Shown: positions 29,713 to 41,398 of the stretch, in pieces
Layout of the letters: each line of letters opens with the position of its first letter
Position numbering within the stretch: position 1 is the stretch's first letter
Assembly (NCBI GenBank): GCA_963705255.1
Contig: OY970061.1
Coordinates: forward strand, 864,001-928,000
DNA: 64,000 bases
Direction of reading: 5' to 3'
Source: an uncultured Methanoregulaceae archaeon
GTDB taxonomy: Archaea; Halobacteriota; Methanomicrobia; Methanomicrobiales; Methanospirillaceae
The notes under the pieces: generated by a model
Databases searched by the model: none
What the model was told of the DNA's origin: nothing
Seen by the model: only the letters and a program-made list of their open reading frames with translations
Made by a program: the position numbers and the translations under genes

Positions 29713-31280
29713 AGAATCAGGTTATCGGTATGACTGCATCAATCGAACCAGAAAAAAGCACAATTGGCAAAATTACCGCGTCCGGAGAGATCATTGACGC
29801 ATCAAAAGAGGTTCTCCAGGCTGTGAGCAGGATAATCCAGATCTCTCCTGTCCCCCAGTTTCTGATAGACCAGGACCACCATGTGATCTGCTGGAATGGA
29901 GCCCTTGAAAAGGTAACCGGCGTAAAAGCAGAGGATATTGTCGGGACCTCCGAGCAGTGGAAGGCTTTCTATCCGGTACAACGGCCGTGCCTTGCCGATC
30001 TCCTTGTTGACGAGAATTACAGGGAGCTAGGGGCTTGGTACCCTGACAAATATTCCCCATCCAATCGTGAAGAAGATGCCTACGAAGCCACGGATTTCTT
30101 CCCTCAGATTAACGGCGGTAAATGGCTGCATTTTGCCGCAACTGCGATCAAGAACCGGGACAATGCCGTTATCGGGACTGTTGAGACCGTGGAAGAGGTT
30201 ACCGGGCGGAATCATGCGGAACTGCCATTTGAGGAGGTTGGTGCGGTCCTCCGCAGTTTCGATGGTAATACTGACATTATATGGGGGATAGCCGAGATCG
30301 TGGAAAATATCATTACTGACATATCGGACAGTTCAACTACCGCTGATACATGGAAAAAGCAAGAGATAAAAAAATTTGCCAGAACTGTTCCGTTTACGGA
30401 CACGTTTTCGGAAGACAATCTCCTGTGGATCGAACGCGTGAAAGAGAGCCACCATATCGATAAGCCGGTCACATTTGAATATGTAAAACGGTCCCTTGAG
30501 GGAGAACGCTGCCTTTCCTCAACGGTCTGCTATCTCGGGACATCGACACGCGGACACCAGCGGTTTGCCTATATGGTCCACGACACCACCGGTCAGAAAT
30601 GGGCAGAACATGCGCTCAAACTCTCCAACCGGAAACTGCATCTCATGAATATCATCGCTTGGCATGAGATACAGAACAAGGTTACCGGAATCCGCGGGTT
30701 TATTGAACTTTCAAAAGATCTGGCTGCAGATGAGGACACCCGGTTCTATATTGAAAAAGAAGAGGAGATTCTCAAGCAGATCCACGGGCTAATCCAGTGC
30801 TCGATCGAATACCAGCAGATCGGTATGAAGCCTCACCACTGGGAAAATGTCAGGAATACCATCAGTTCAGTCATCGCTATAATGGAGGTGGATTCTCTCC
30901 AGATGGACCTTGACGTTGGCTCCCTGGAACTGTTCTGCGATCCGATCCTTGGAAGGATGTTCTCACTCCTGATTGAAAACACGATAAAAAATCTCCATAC
31001 CTCCCCAAAAATCCACATCTGGTACAAAGAAACCACTGAAGGTCTGACCCTCTTCTATCAGGACAACAGTGCCGGTATTCCATTGAATCAGAAAGAGAGC
31101 CTGTCAGCTGGCACTATCATCAAGGCCGAGGACTTTTTTATGGCATTTGTACATGACATCCTCGAATTTTCCGGTATGGGAATCAAGGAGACCGGGGAAC
31201 AGGGAGGGGGAGTATGTTTCGAGATATCTGTCCCCGGAGACCGGTACCGGTTCGGTGACAACAACAGGCATGAAGATTAG
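29709..31280 (+). CDS. PAS-domain sensor histidine kinase-like protein with degenerate ATPase domain
   Basis: PAS (WNGALEKVTG...RPCLAD), H-box WHEIQNKVT, N-box LIENT, G1 DNSAGIP, G2 GxGL absent. Confidence 0.78.
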   Translation: MKNQVIGMTASIEPEKSTIGKITASGEIIDASKEVLQAVSRIIQISPVPQFLIDQDHHVICWNGALEKVTGVKAEDIVGTSEQWKAFYPVQRPCLADLLVDENYRELGAWYPDKYSPSNREEDAYEATDFFPQINGGKWLHFAATAIKNRDNAVIGTVETVEEVTGRNHAELPFEEVGAVLRSFDGNTDIIWGIAEIVENIITDISDSSTTADTWKKQEIKKFARTVPFTDTFSEDNLLWIERVKESHHIDKPVTFEYVKRSLEGERCLSSTVCYLGTSTRGHQRFAYMVHDTTGQKWAEHALKLSNRKLHLMNIIAWHEIQNKVTGIRGFIELSKDLAADEDTRFYIEKEEEILKQIHGLIQCSIEYQQIGMKPHHWENVRNTISSVIAIMEVDSLQMDLDVGSLELFCDPILGRMFSLLIENTIKNLHTSPKIHIWYKETTEGLTLFYQDNSAGIPLNQKESLSAGTIIKAEDFFMAFVHDILEFSGMGIKETGEQGGGVCFEISVPGDRYRFGDNNRHED

Positions 31281-31474
31281 TAAGGATCTTTTCTGGCAGT
31301 AAATTTGGGAAACGGGTCGGAATTTCAGCCACGGATCCCGTTGCAGGGAGTTGCCTCAATAAGGCGCGGCATGGACAATGCCGGATACTGGTACTACGGG
31401 AGATTCAAGAGCAGGTGGTGAATGTGACGTGGCATGCCGATCAGAAAAACACCGGGACGGTATCGGAAGGCATC

Positions 31475-31897
31475 TCATGATGACGCCGGGTTACCCGGTT
31501 CTTCTGTACGGACGCTTATCACACCGACTACGGGACAGATGAAGATCTTACCGTCGCCTTGGCGCCCGCTCTGGTTGGCGTTGATGAGCAGCTGGACGAT
31601 GGAGCGGACATCTTCATCAGCTGCAGCGATCATCAGCATCCGTTGGGGAATAAACCCCAGCTCATATTCCTTCTCTTCGGGCTTGTCCAACCCGCTAACT
31701 GGACACCGCTTGTACAGTGGATGGATACCTAAATTCCGTTGTGCGGTACCTTCAGGGTCAGGTACGAGGATCGTATCTTTCTGCTGTCCACGGCCTGTGA
31801 CATGAAGATAGGTTACTCGTTTAATACCTGCGGTTGCAAGAGCATGTTTTGTCTTTTCGACAGCTTCGTCCCGGATTACTGCGATAACCTGTTTCAT
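31475..31897 (-). CDS. P-II family protein, NifI2-like
   Basis: MKQVIAVIR, VTGRGQQK, long T-loop, IPQRMLMI, NQSGRQGDGKIFICPV..VRT. Confidence 0.82.
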   Translation of the reverse strand: MKQVIAVIRDEAVEKTKHALATAGIKRVTYLHVTGRGQQKDTILVPDPEGTAQRNLGIHPLYKRCPVSGLDKPEEKEYELGFIPQRMLMIAAADEDVRSIVQLLINANQSGRQGDGKIFICPVVGVISVRTEEPGNPASS

Positions 31898-32250
31898 GGA
31901 CCCGGGGCCCCAATCGTTTTCAGAGTGGCGCGGATCGTGAATGATTCATCGACATAGGTCACAAAGATCTTCCCATCGTCAATCGCCCCCTCCTCTGTGC
32001 TTGTCAAACTGACGGTCCTGGCTTCGTTTCTGATGATCATCACCGCTTTCGCCACTTCATTGTCTGGAAGTACTATCATCAGGATCTCTTTTGGGATCTC
32101 TGAATAATGGACAGGCTGATCGGTGATTCCCGGTTCTTTCCCATACCCGGTCACGGGAAGCCGAGTCATCGCACTCATGCCGGCCTTTTCCATCGCACCG
32201 ATCACCCGCTGGGAAGATTCCGGCCTGATGACTGCCCAGATCATCTTCAT
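31894..32250 (-). CDS. P-II family protein, NifI1-like (divergent)
   Basis: MKMIWAVIRPE, VTGYGKE, YSEIPKEILMIV, DDGKIFV; ATGA overlap with the NifI2-like gene. Confidence 0.8.
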   Translation of the reverse strand: MKMIWAVIRPESSQRVIGAMEKAGMSAMTRLPVTGYGKEPGITDQPVHYSEIPKEILMIVLPDNEVAKAVMIIRNEARTVSLTSTEEGAIDDGKIFVTYVDESFTIRATLKTIGAPGP

Positions 32251-32483
32251 GGACTCACCCGCTGAGTTCCTCTATTGGTCGTACCACCGTTGCCACATTT
32301 AGTTGCACGGGATCGCATAGCTATGCTCAAAAAATTGCCGGGCCTATTGAAAGGGAGCCGGTCGTTTGTTTCTGGTTGGACATTTTTGTGGATATCCCCC
32401 TGCCATATCTGACCGGCTGGGGTGTTATGAAACCCCGGCCGGAAAGGGAGAGATTTTATTCGGTTTTTCTTTTCAGATCGGGG

Positions 32484-34036
<1,553 letters not shown>

Positions 34037-34242
34037 GTATTTCACCTGTAATGAATAAAATTTCTAAAATTATTAGGAGGCCGGGACTGGTGTGCCCCGG
34101 GAAACTGTGATCGATCTGGGAGGTTTTTGGAACAGGATGGCACTTGGTGGCGCATCCGTGCAATACAGCCATACGGCCAATGCCCGCCTGCCTGTCTTGT
34201 GCCATTCTATCCATCTCCTTCCAACCGTTCAGGAAAATTATA

Positions 34243-34273
34243 GGAAAGAATCTTCGTTCCTACTATATTTAAA
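34243..34273 (-). promoter_or_regulatory. amt-glnK promoter with NrpR-like operator
   Basis: Minus-strand TTTAAATATA (34264-34273) followed by CGAA-N6-TTCC (34243-34256), one mismatch from GGAA-N6-TTCC. Confidence 0.55.
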
Positions 34274-34841
34274 TTTAACTATTTTATAGTAAGAGTATTT
34301 TTTTATCATTTTCCAAAGGAGATCTGATTCATTATGCAAAATTTCGTTATGATTCAACCTGTTCCGTGAAATTAAAAAATGCGATGATACCTGTACTACT
34401 CCATTGGAAGTCACGATCATCTCGTGCTGATGGGGGAGCGCGGGAATCTTTTGCCCAGGAGAATACAAAACCCAGTCGAGATGGATCCATGAAAGAAAAC
34501 AATCTGGTTCAAAGAACCAGGATCCAAGGAAAAACCGATCGAGAAATTTTTCATGTTTTTCTGCAAGGAATTTTTTGTATTCATTAAGCAGCGCATCGGT
34601 CTAGGCATTCGTCTTTTTGTTGGTATGTAGCTGAGCACATTCGTCCTTTTGAGCAGTTCTTCTCTGATTGCGAAATCATTTACCAGTCCGAAATTTTTTG
34701 TCGCGGACAGAATCCAGTCCATTTGGTCGGTACAGGTCTCCTTACCATCCCACAAGGATCCGTTTCGCAGTCATCTTGTCAGGGGAGATGCTACCTCAGA
34801 TCGAGCAATAGTACCCCTCTCTGTAATCACATCCCATGTCC

Positions 34842-35208
34842 TTACTCCTTGATCATTACGAGGCTCATCTTGAACCGTTGTCGCGCCTGCACCGCGTGCG
34901 GCTTGTTTGCCGGGCAGGATGATCATCTCACCGGTCCTGACTGTGAATGGTGAACCGGCAATGATGACATCGGCCTCGCCGTCCGTAACAGTGAGGATGG
35001 CATCATAAGGTGCAGAATGCTCGGAAAGTCCTTCCCCGGCATCGAATGCGAAAAGGGTGATGGTACCGGTCGTCTTGAAGACGATCATCCTGCTCGCCAC
35101 CGTCCCCTCCTGGTACTGGATGAGGTTATTGACTTCGAGGACTCTTGCTCTAAGGTCCTCGCGCTTTTTATCAGCGTCAGTTTTTTGTTCATGCTCAGAT
35201 TCCGCCAT
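34842..35208 (-). CDS. Cupin domain protein, frameshift near 34912
   Basis: ITLFAFDAGEGLSEHSAPYDA; shifted frame restores PANKPHAVQARQRFKMSLVMIKE. Confidence 0.85.
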
Positions 35209-35305
35209 GACATCTCCTTTCTGTTTGGTACGTGTGCATGGAGTAATATGATATCCCTTCACCGATCCTGCTACGATATAGTCCCGGTTATTTTCAAAGA
35301 TTCAA

Positions 35306-36549
35306 TCAAAACACCAGCGTCAGGAAGATCCAGTAAATCCCAACCTGAATTATTGTGAGGGGGATGCCCACCCGGGCAAACTCGGCAAAACTCAGGGTCT
35401 GCCCGTCTTTTTCCGCGTTCTGGATGATAATCACGTTGCTTGCCGCTCCCAGGATCGTCAGGTTGCCGGCTATCGTGCTGCCAACTCCAAGGGCCATGAA
35501 CTGGGCCGTTGTTCCTCCAGCCTGCAGGATCATTGGTAGGAAAAGGGCGACAAACGGAACATTGGAGATGAACTGGCTCGCGACCACACTTGTGCAGAGG
35601 ATCGTGGGTATTGAGGAGAACGCCGGCCCCCCGATGAATGCTTGGAATAACCCGGTCTGCCAGACGCTCTCCATGAGCACGAACATGGCGGCAAAGAAGA
35701 CGAGAGTCGGCCAGTCGATCCGCTTGATAAGTACAATCCGGGACTTCGCGAGAAGGAGGATCGGTGCCGCGGCGCAGACCGCGATCACAGGAAGCGATAT
35801 GAGTATTTTTGCGCCAGCAACAGATGCAAGGGCATTTGCCCCTGCAAGAATGAGGAGGATGGCAACAGAACATTTCGCAAGGGGTATCAGGTCATTCTTA
35901 CCGGTTTTTGGGATCCGGACTGCTGCCGGGACCTTCCTGAATTCATTGCCGTAAAAAATCCTCAGGACAATGAACGCCGCCGCGAGGCTGATCAGTGTCG
36001 GGATGAAGAGGTAAATACCGAATGTAACGAACGGGGCCGGCATTCCGGAGTTCACCGCAACGAGCAGGTTCTGGGGGTTCCCGATCGGGCTCATGACACT
36101 GCCGGTCGTGATGGCGACAGCCAGTGCAAGCAGCAGCAGTTTTGGCAGAATGCGCGTCCCCGCCGCAAGTGCCAGGACGAGAGGGGTGCCGATGATGGCG
36201 AGCGTATCGTTCATCAGGAAGGCAGAGAGGAGACCAGTCCCGAAGAGGACAGCGAGAACGATGTGATCGGTTGTTTTTGCCCGGGAGAACAGACGGCCTG
36301 TGATCTCCGACAGGTACCCGCTCTCCACGAGAGCCTGCCCTACGACAAACATGCCGAACAGGAAGACCATGACGTCAGGGTTGATGGCCCGGACCGCGTC
36401 CGGCAGGGATATCTGTCCCGTTGCAAGAACCACCAGTGCTCCCCCGAGCATGATCTGCCAGATCCTGAGCCTGATCCTGCCGATCTGACGGACCGCGGTC
36501 AGCAGGAAGACGGCTGCAAGTACGATGACTGCAATGTACGTAGACTCAC
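35306..36549 (-). CDS. ArsB/NhaD (CitMHS-like) anion transporter
   Basis: LMNDT, SPIGNPQN, SQFISNVP, STIAGNLTILGAASN; frame extends upstream to YIAVIVLAAVFLL; GTG start offset by an indel. Confidence 0.85.
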
Positions 36550-36629
36550 GTTACCGGCCCGGGCAGATGAGTTTTTGTATTTGACCCGCCATCGCGGTGC
36601 AGGTAAAATGAGCCGTGCGTGTCTTCTTT

Positions 36630-37316
36630 TTATTTACCCGATTTATAAACAGCCCAGTGCAGGAGGATCCCGTTCCCGATTCTGCGTTCCTCTAAAAGCC
36701 TGAGCCGGCAGAATTCCGATTCGCGGAGGAAACCTTCGCCATCTGCAAGGGTCGGTGCATCCCTCCCCCCGATGAGGATGTTGCCGATGAATGTGTAGAT
36801 CTCGTCCACGAGCCCTGCTGTAACAAGGCCGCCGATCAGCGCCCCGCCGCCTTCCACCATGACGCGCCGGATACCGAGAGTTCCCAGCTCATCCATAAGG
36901 GCCGTAAGGTCCACGGTATCCTCACCGGTGATAATCACGGTCGCATACTTCCGGATTTCCGCGACTTTCTGTTCGTCTGCGGCCTTTGAGACAGCAACAA
37001 TTCGTTTCCCTTCCCCTTTGTGCAGGACTGAAGCAGCGGGTGGGATGCGGGCGGTACTGTCGACTACAATGCGCACGGGGTGTTCATCCAAGCCCCGCTG
37101 CCGCCGGATGTCCCGGCACTCATCCGCTTTCACGGTCAGCGACGGGTCATCGGAGAGCACGGTCCCAATTCCGACCATGACCGCGTCACTGTCCGCCTTG
37201 AGCCGGTCCACGCGGTTGAAGTCCTGAACCCCGGATATCTTCACCTGTCTCCGCTCACGGGTGGAGAGTTTCCCGTCGGCGCTCATGGCAACGTTAACGA
37301 TGATATGGGGGCGCAT
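36630..37316 (-). CDS. arfC: 2,5-diamino-6-(ribosylamino)-4(3H)-pyrimidinone 5'-phosphate reductase
   Basis: AMSADGK, VGIGTVLSDDPSLTV, VEGGG (RibD C-terminal reductase). Confidence 0.9.
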   Translation of the reverse strand: MRPHIIVNVAMSADGKLSTRERRQVKISGVQDFNRVDRLKADSDAVMVGIGTVLSDDPSLTVKADECRDIRRQRGLDEHPVRIVVDSTARIPPAASVLHKGEGKRIVAVSKAADEQKVAEIRKYATVIITGEDTVDLTALMDELGTLGIRRVMVEGGGALIGGLVTAGLVDEIYTFIGNILIGGRDAPTLADGEGFLRESEFCRLRLLEERRIGNGILLHWAVYKSGK

Positions 37317-37508
37317 ATTCCAAGCAAGGTTGCATTGCCAGTTATATCAAACCACTGCTCAGTACCGGGAAAGGGGGAGATTCTCCCTGACGCGGGAAAG
37401 ATCTGGCTGCAGACCCGGTTACCGGATTTTTGTCCGGAGGATCTGTCCGGAACCGGGATCCGACAAGGCACCTTCAAATAACAAGAAAATCAAATTGCGA
37501 AGATAGGT

Positions 37509-39299
37509 ATGGGCGAAACGGAGATTCAGATTTACCGGCATTCCGTCCCGGTCTCGGATATCATACGGTTCTGCATTATTGCAGCGCTTGCAATCTTCTG
37601 CACGCTTATTACAGCAATCTCATTCTCCCGGTCCATTGCGTTCCTCAATTACCAGCTCTTTTTTATCCCTATCCTCTATGCGGCCTACTTCTACCCGAGA
37701 AAAGGGCTCTACGTTGCCTGCCTTTGCGGCGTCGTGTTCCAGGCAGTGGGTTACTATTACAGTTACCCGGACTCTGTTGCCATGGTGAGCGTGACTGCCG
37801 AAGCGATCCTTTTTGTCCTCATTGCGGTCATCATCGCGTATTTTATCGAGAGGATCCGGGCCGGGGAAGTGCGCTATCGCACGGTGTTCGAGCACTCCCA
37901 GCTGGGGATTATCCTCTTTGATCAGGTGGATTTTACCATTAAACAGTCAAATGACAAATTCAACGACATGCTCCATTACACCTCTCAAGACATTCTGGCA
38001 AGGTCATTCTTCAGCATCTTTTTCACGCCTCAGGATCAGACACGTTTTCTGGAACGCATCAAAAAAGGGGAGACCGTCGAGAATTTCGAGACCCGTCTCA
38101 TGACAAAGGAAGGGGACGGCTGCTGGGTGAACCTCTCGTGGAGCAGGATCGATCAGAAGACGGTCAGCTGCACGGTCATCAACATCAATGCACGCAAACT
38201 CGCAGAGAAGATGAATAATGACAATATGATGAAGTACCGGCAGCTGACCGAACATTCCCCGACCAGTATCCTGATCATCCAGGACGAGCTGATCCGATAT
38301 GTCAACCCGTCGTTTGCCGTTTTTTCCGGTTACGATAAGGCTGAAATTTCCGGGAAGGACCTCTCCGGTTTGATCGACTCCCGCGACAGGGACAGTTTTA
38401 CCCGGTTCTCCCACTCATGGAGCAGGAGTATCCCGAAGTCAGACCACGGAGAGTTCCGTTTTATTACAAAGACCGGCGAAACGCGCGTGGGGGCACTCTC
38501 AACGACCCCGATTATGCATGTTGGTAAACCCGCAATGCTGATCAATATCGTGGACATGTCCGAACAGCAGCGGCTGGAAGACAAGATCCTTCTGGATAAC
38601 GAGCGCCGCCGGGGAATCATCATGACGGTTGCCCACGAGCTGAGGACACCACTCCAGCCGATCCTGGGGTACATCAACCTGCTGGTCTCCGATACTGAAG
38701 GGTATGGCATCCAGAATGATACCAAAAAGATCCTCGAACGCTGCCTGGTTAGTGTCGACCGTGAGCGTCAGATTATCAACCAGATGCTGGAACTCTCTGT
38801 CCTGGAAAGTGGCAGGGTCCAGCTGAGATATTCAATGTTCTCTCTTGCAAGTCTCGTGAAAAAAGTCATCGATACCGGGGGCTACCTCACCAAGGCCGAA
38901 GTGACTCTTGACATCGGCGATCCTGTTATTGTGTCCGCCGACAAAGACCGCGTATTCGGCATCCTTGACTCGCTCCTTTCCAATGCCGTCAACTATTCCA
39001 AACCGCCGCGAAAGATCGCGATCTATTACCGTTCTGGAGTCGGCGACAACCAACACCATATCTCGGTTCGCGATAACGGGATCGGTATACAGGAAAGCGC
39101 GTTCACGTCCATATTTGAACCGTTCCAGCTCGCCGATGCCGCGATGCTGTCCCGCAAGTATGACCGGCTCGGGCTATCCCTCTCTATCGCCAAGAAAATA
39201 GTCCAGATGCACGGCGGGGATATTACTGTCGAAAGTGTGGTAAATGCCGGAAGTACGTTTACCATTCATCTGCCAAAAGAGGTGCCGAATGAAACATAA
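37509..39299 (+). CDS. Membrane-bound PAS-PAS sensor histidine kinase
   Basis: N-terminal TM helices, two PAS, AHELRTPL, LLSNAVNY, DNGIGI, FEPF. Confidence 0.9.
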   Translation: MGETEIQIYRHSVPVSDIIRFCIIAALAIFCTLITAISFSRSIAFLNYQLFFIPILYAAYFYPRKGLYVACLCGVVFQAVGYYYSYPDSVAMVSVTAEAILFVLIAVIIAYFIERIRAGEVRYRTVFEHSQLGIILFDQVDFTIKQSNDKFNDMLHYTSQDILARSFFSIFFTPQDQTRFLERIKKGETVENFETRLMTKEGDGCWVNLSWSRIDQKTVSCTVININARKLAEKMNNDNMMKYRQLTEHSPTSILIIQDELIRYVNPSFAVFSGYDKAEISGKDLSGLIDSRDRDSFTRFSHSWSRSIPKSDHGEFRFITKTGETRVGALSTTPIMHVGKPAMLINIVDMSEQQRLEDKILLDNERRRGIIMTVAHELRTPLQPILGYINLLVSDTEGYGIQNDTKKILERCLVSVDRERQIINQMLELSVLESGRVQLRYSMFSLASLVKKVIDTGGYLTKAEVTLDIGDPVIVSADKDRVFGILDSLLSNAVNYSKPPRKIAIYYRSGVGDNQHHISVRDNGIGIQESAFTSIFEPFQLADAAMLSRKYDRLGLSLSIAKKIVQMHGGDITVESVVNAGSTFTIHLPKEVPNET

Positions 39300-39658
39300 G
39301 ATTATGCTCGTTGAGGATGACCAGCCTATCCTTGAGATGATGGATATCCTGCTCCGCAGGATCGGCTATGAACCGGTCCTGGTACCGGATGTCCTCGAGG
39401 CGCTCGAGCGGGTGCGGAAGGACCCCCCTGCGCTCGGTACTGCTTGATATCATGATGACGCCGATAAACGGTTGGGAGTTCCTCGAGAAACTGCGGGGGG
39501 AGTACGATATGAAAGATCTGCCGGTTATCCTCTTTACCGCCTTGCCCTCCGCAGAAGAGAGGCTTGCACAGATGAAAGACCAGAATCTCGGCATCCTGCA
39601 GAAACCTGTCACGATCACCGAACTCAAGGCTGGGATCGAGCGTTTCCTTCCGAAATAA
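39289..39658 (+). CDS. Single-domain response regulator, frameshift near 39430
   Basis: MLVEDD...LLDIMMTPINGWEFL...LFTA...QKP. Confidence 0.88.
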
Positions 39659-39795
39659 ATTTTTCCGGTTTTGGAGCCTGTCAGGTGCCCGTCACATGCG
39701 TATGACAGCATGGGGCGCGGGTTCCGGTGGCCCCCGCGTTTCCCCATGTGCACTGCCGGGCGGATGGGCAGACTACCCCCTTCTATACAGTATTT

Positions 39796-39924
39796 TCAGC
39801 GACAGATCATGGCCAGTCCGTTGATTTCCTGCCCTATGTCCCGGACCTGTTGATCCATATCGGCTTTATGAATTGTATCTTCCACTTTTTTCATTGAACT
39901 GCTGAGATCTCCCATGAGTCCCAT
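39796..39924 (-). CDS. Small helical protein (42 aa, may be truncated by an indel)
   Basis: MGLMGDLSSSMKKVEDTIHKADMDQQVRDIGQEIN..., preceded by GGAGG RBS; below the ORF-track cutoff. Confidence 0.5.
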   Translation of the reverse strand: MGLMGDLSSSMKKVEDTIHKADMDQQVRDIGQEINGLAMICR

Positions 39925-40088
39925 AGCACGAAATCCTCCACGCAGTCTGATCCGGTGGAAGAAATCGATCACGCCCGGCCTGACAACCTCCGTCCATTTT
40001 ATTGTTGAAACCCGTTACGGTGGGTATGTCATCCTTGCAGAAAAGGAAAACCACGAGGTGAAGAAAGGGCATGAAAACAGATAAGAAG

Positions 40089-40162
40089 TGCCCCAGGCCT
40101 GATTTGAACAGGCGACAACTAGATCTTCAGTCTAGCGCTCTCCCAAGCTGAGCTACTAGGGC
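40089..40162 (-). tRNA. tRNA-Phe (GAA), CCA not encoded
   Basis: GCCCTAG acceptor pairs with CTGGGGC; D arm GCTCAGCTTGGGAGAGC; anticodon arm CTAGA-CTGAAGA-TCTAG; T loop TTCAAAT. Confidence 0.96.
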
Positions 40163-40271
40163 AGGAATACAAATGTTGGCACTTGTGACTAATAAATGAT
40201 CTGTTCCGCCAGCTCCGGGACGGTCCTTCCGACCGTTCTTTTTTATAGGGAAGGATGACAGTATTAACAAA

Positions 40272-41237
40272 ATGAACTCCCCGAATGCCAATAACGATGA
40301 CTCAGGGCTTGCGAGCGCGATACAAAGCCGCAGGGCGCACGTGGTCCACCTGACCCACAACGATCTCGATGCCGTGGGAGCGGATGCAATCCACCGGATG
40401 GTGTTTGGCACTGACGGGGTTTTCACCATCTGGTCTTCTGTGGGGAAGTTCCCCGCACTGTTCTCCATCGTCGCCTCCTGCGAGGGAAAAGGGGACCTTC
40501 TCTCGATCTCTGATCTCGGCTATCACCGGGACACTGAAATTATCGCAGCAAAGGCACGGAAGAACGGGTGGAAGATCTCGTGGCGGGACCACCACCGCTG
40601 GCGTGAGGAGGAGACAAAAAAGATCGAGAAGGTGGTGGAAGCCCTCCGCATCGATACTTCCCTCTGCGGTACCGGAATCGTTGCCCTCGACCTCGCCCCG
40701 GACAACCTGGTGGCGGCCGAGGTAGCCCGGGTTGTCTGTGATTACGACCTCTGGAGACATGCCGACCCGCGATCTGCCGTGCTCGGGCAGGTGCTCCAGA
40801 GAAAGAAGAACCGCGAGCACGTCCGCGACTGCCTCCTCTCCGGTATCTTTACCGATGACCTGATCGAGCGCGAATCTGCGGAGATCAGAGCCGAGATGGA
40901 TACCCTGATGCACCGCAACCTGGCCCACGCAACCATTCTCGGCAAAAAATACCGGGTCGCTTTTGCCCCCCTGTACGGCTACCCGAGCGAGACCGCCCAT
41001 TTCATCCGGGACGAGAAGAAGACTGATATCGAAGTGATTATCGGAAAAGACGGCAAGTTTTCCGTGCGCTCGCTACCTCCAATCAGCCACCTGCTTGCCC
41101 GGGAATTCGGCGGGGGGGGCCACCCGAATGCAGCGGGAGGGTCGTTCAACTTCACCGTCATCGAACGGTTCACCTGGTGGCTCTTCAAAAAGAGCAGGCA
41201 TTTCGACGAGTTCGTAAAAGTTGCTGAAAGGCATTAG
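40272..41237 (+). CDS. DHH/DHHA1 family phosphoesterase (NrnB-like)
   Basis: THNDLDA, ISDL, RDHH, DYDLW, FSVRS, GGGGHPNAAG. Confidence 0.88.
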   Translation: MNSPNANNDDSGLASAIQSRRAHVVHLTHNDLDAVGADAIHRMVFGTDGVFTIWSSVGKFPALFSIVASCEGKGDLLSISDLGYHRDTEIIAAKARKNGWKISWRDHHRWREEETKKIEKVVEALRIDTSLCGTGIVALDLAPDNLVAAEVARVVCDYDLWRHADPRSAVLGQVLQRKKNREHVRDCLLSGIFTDDLIERESAEIRAEMDTLMHRNLAHATILGKKYRVAFAPLYGYPSETAHFIRDEKKTDIEVIIGKDGKFSVRSLPPISHLLAREFGGGGHPNAAGGSFNFTVIERFTWWLFKKSRHFDEFVKVAERH

Positions 41238-41398
41238 GAAGCCGGTAACCGTAATCCGCGCCGGCAGCGGTTCGATGGAAGTGAACATCCCCTCCTTTGC
41301 CCGGGTCACGGGATCCGGCATTGAAGTTACCGGATACCCCCCGGACGTTCCAGCCCGGAATGATGGGCAAATCCACCTTTATTTTTTTATTTCTCCCA

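Noticed and set aside
34417-34755. 112-aa ORF between the amt promoter and the cupin gene
   Set aside because: No RBS or motif recognised; cannot be supported as a gene or remnant
40272-41237. DHH/DHHA1 protein as the c-di-AMP phosphodiesterase partner of the DAC
   Set aside because: Motifs look NrnB-like and there is no genomic linkage; substrate cannot be inferred from sequence
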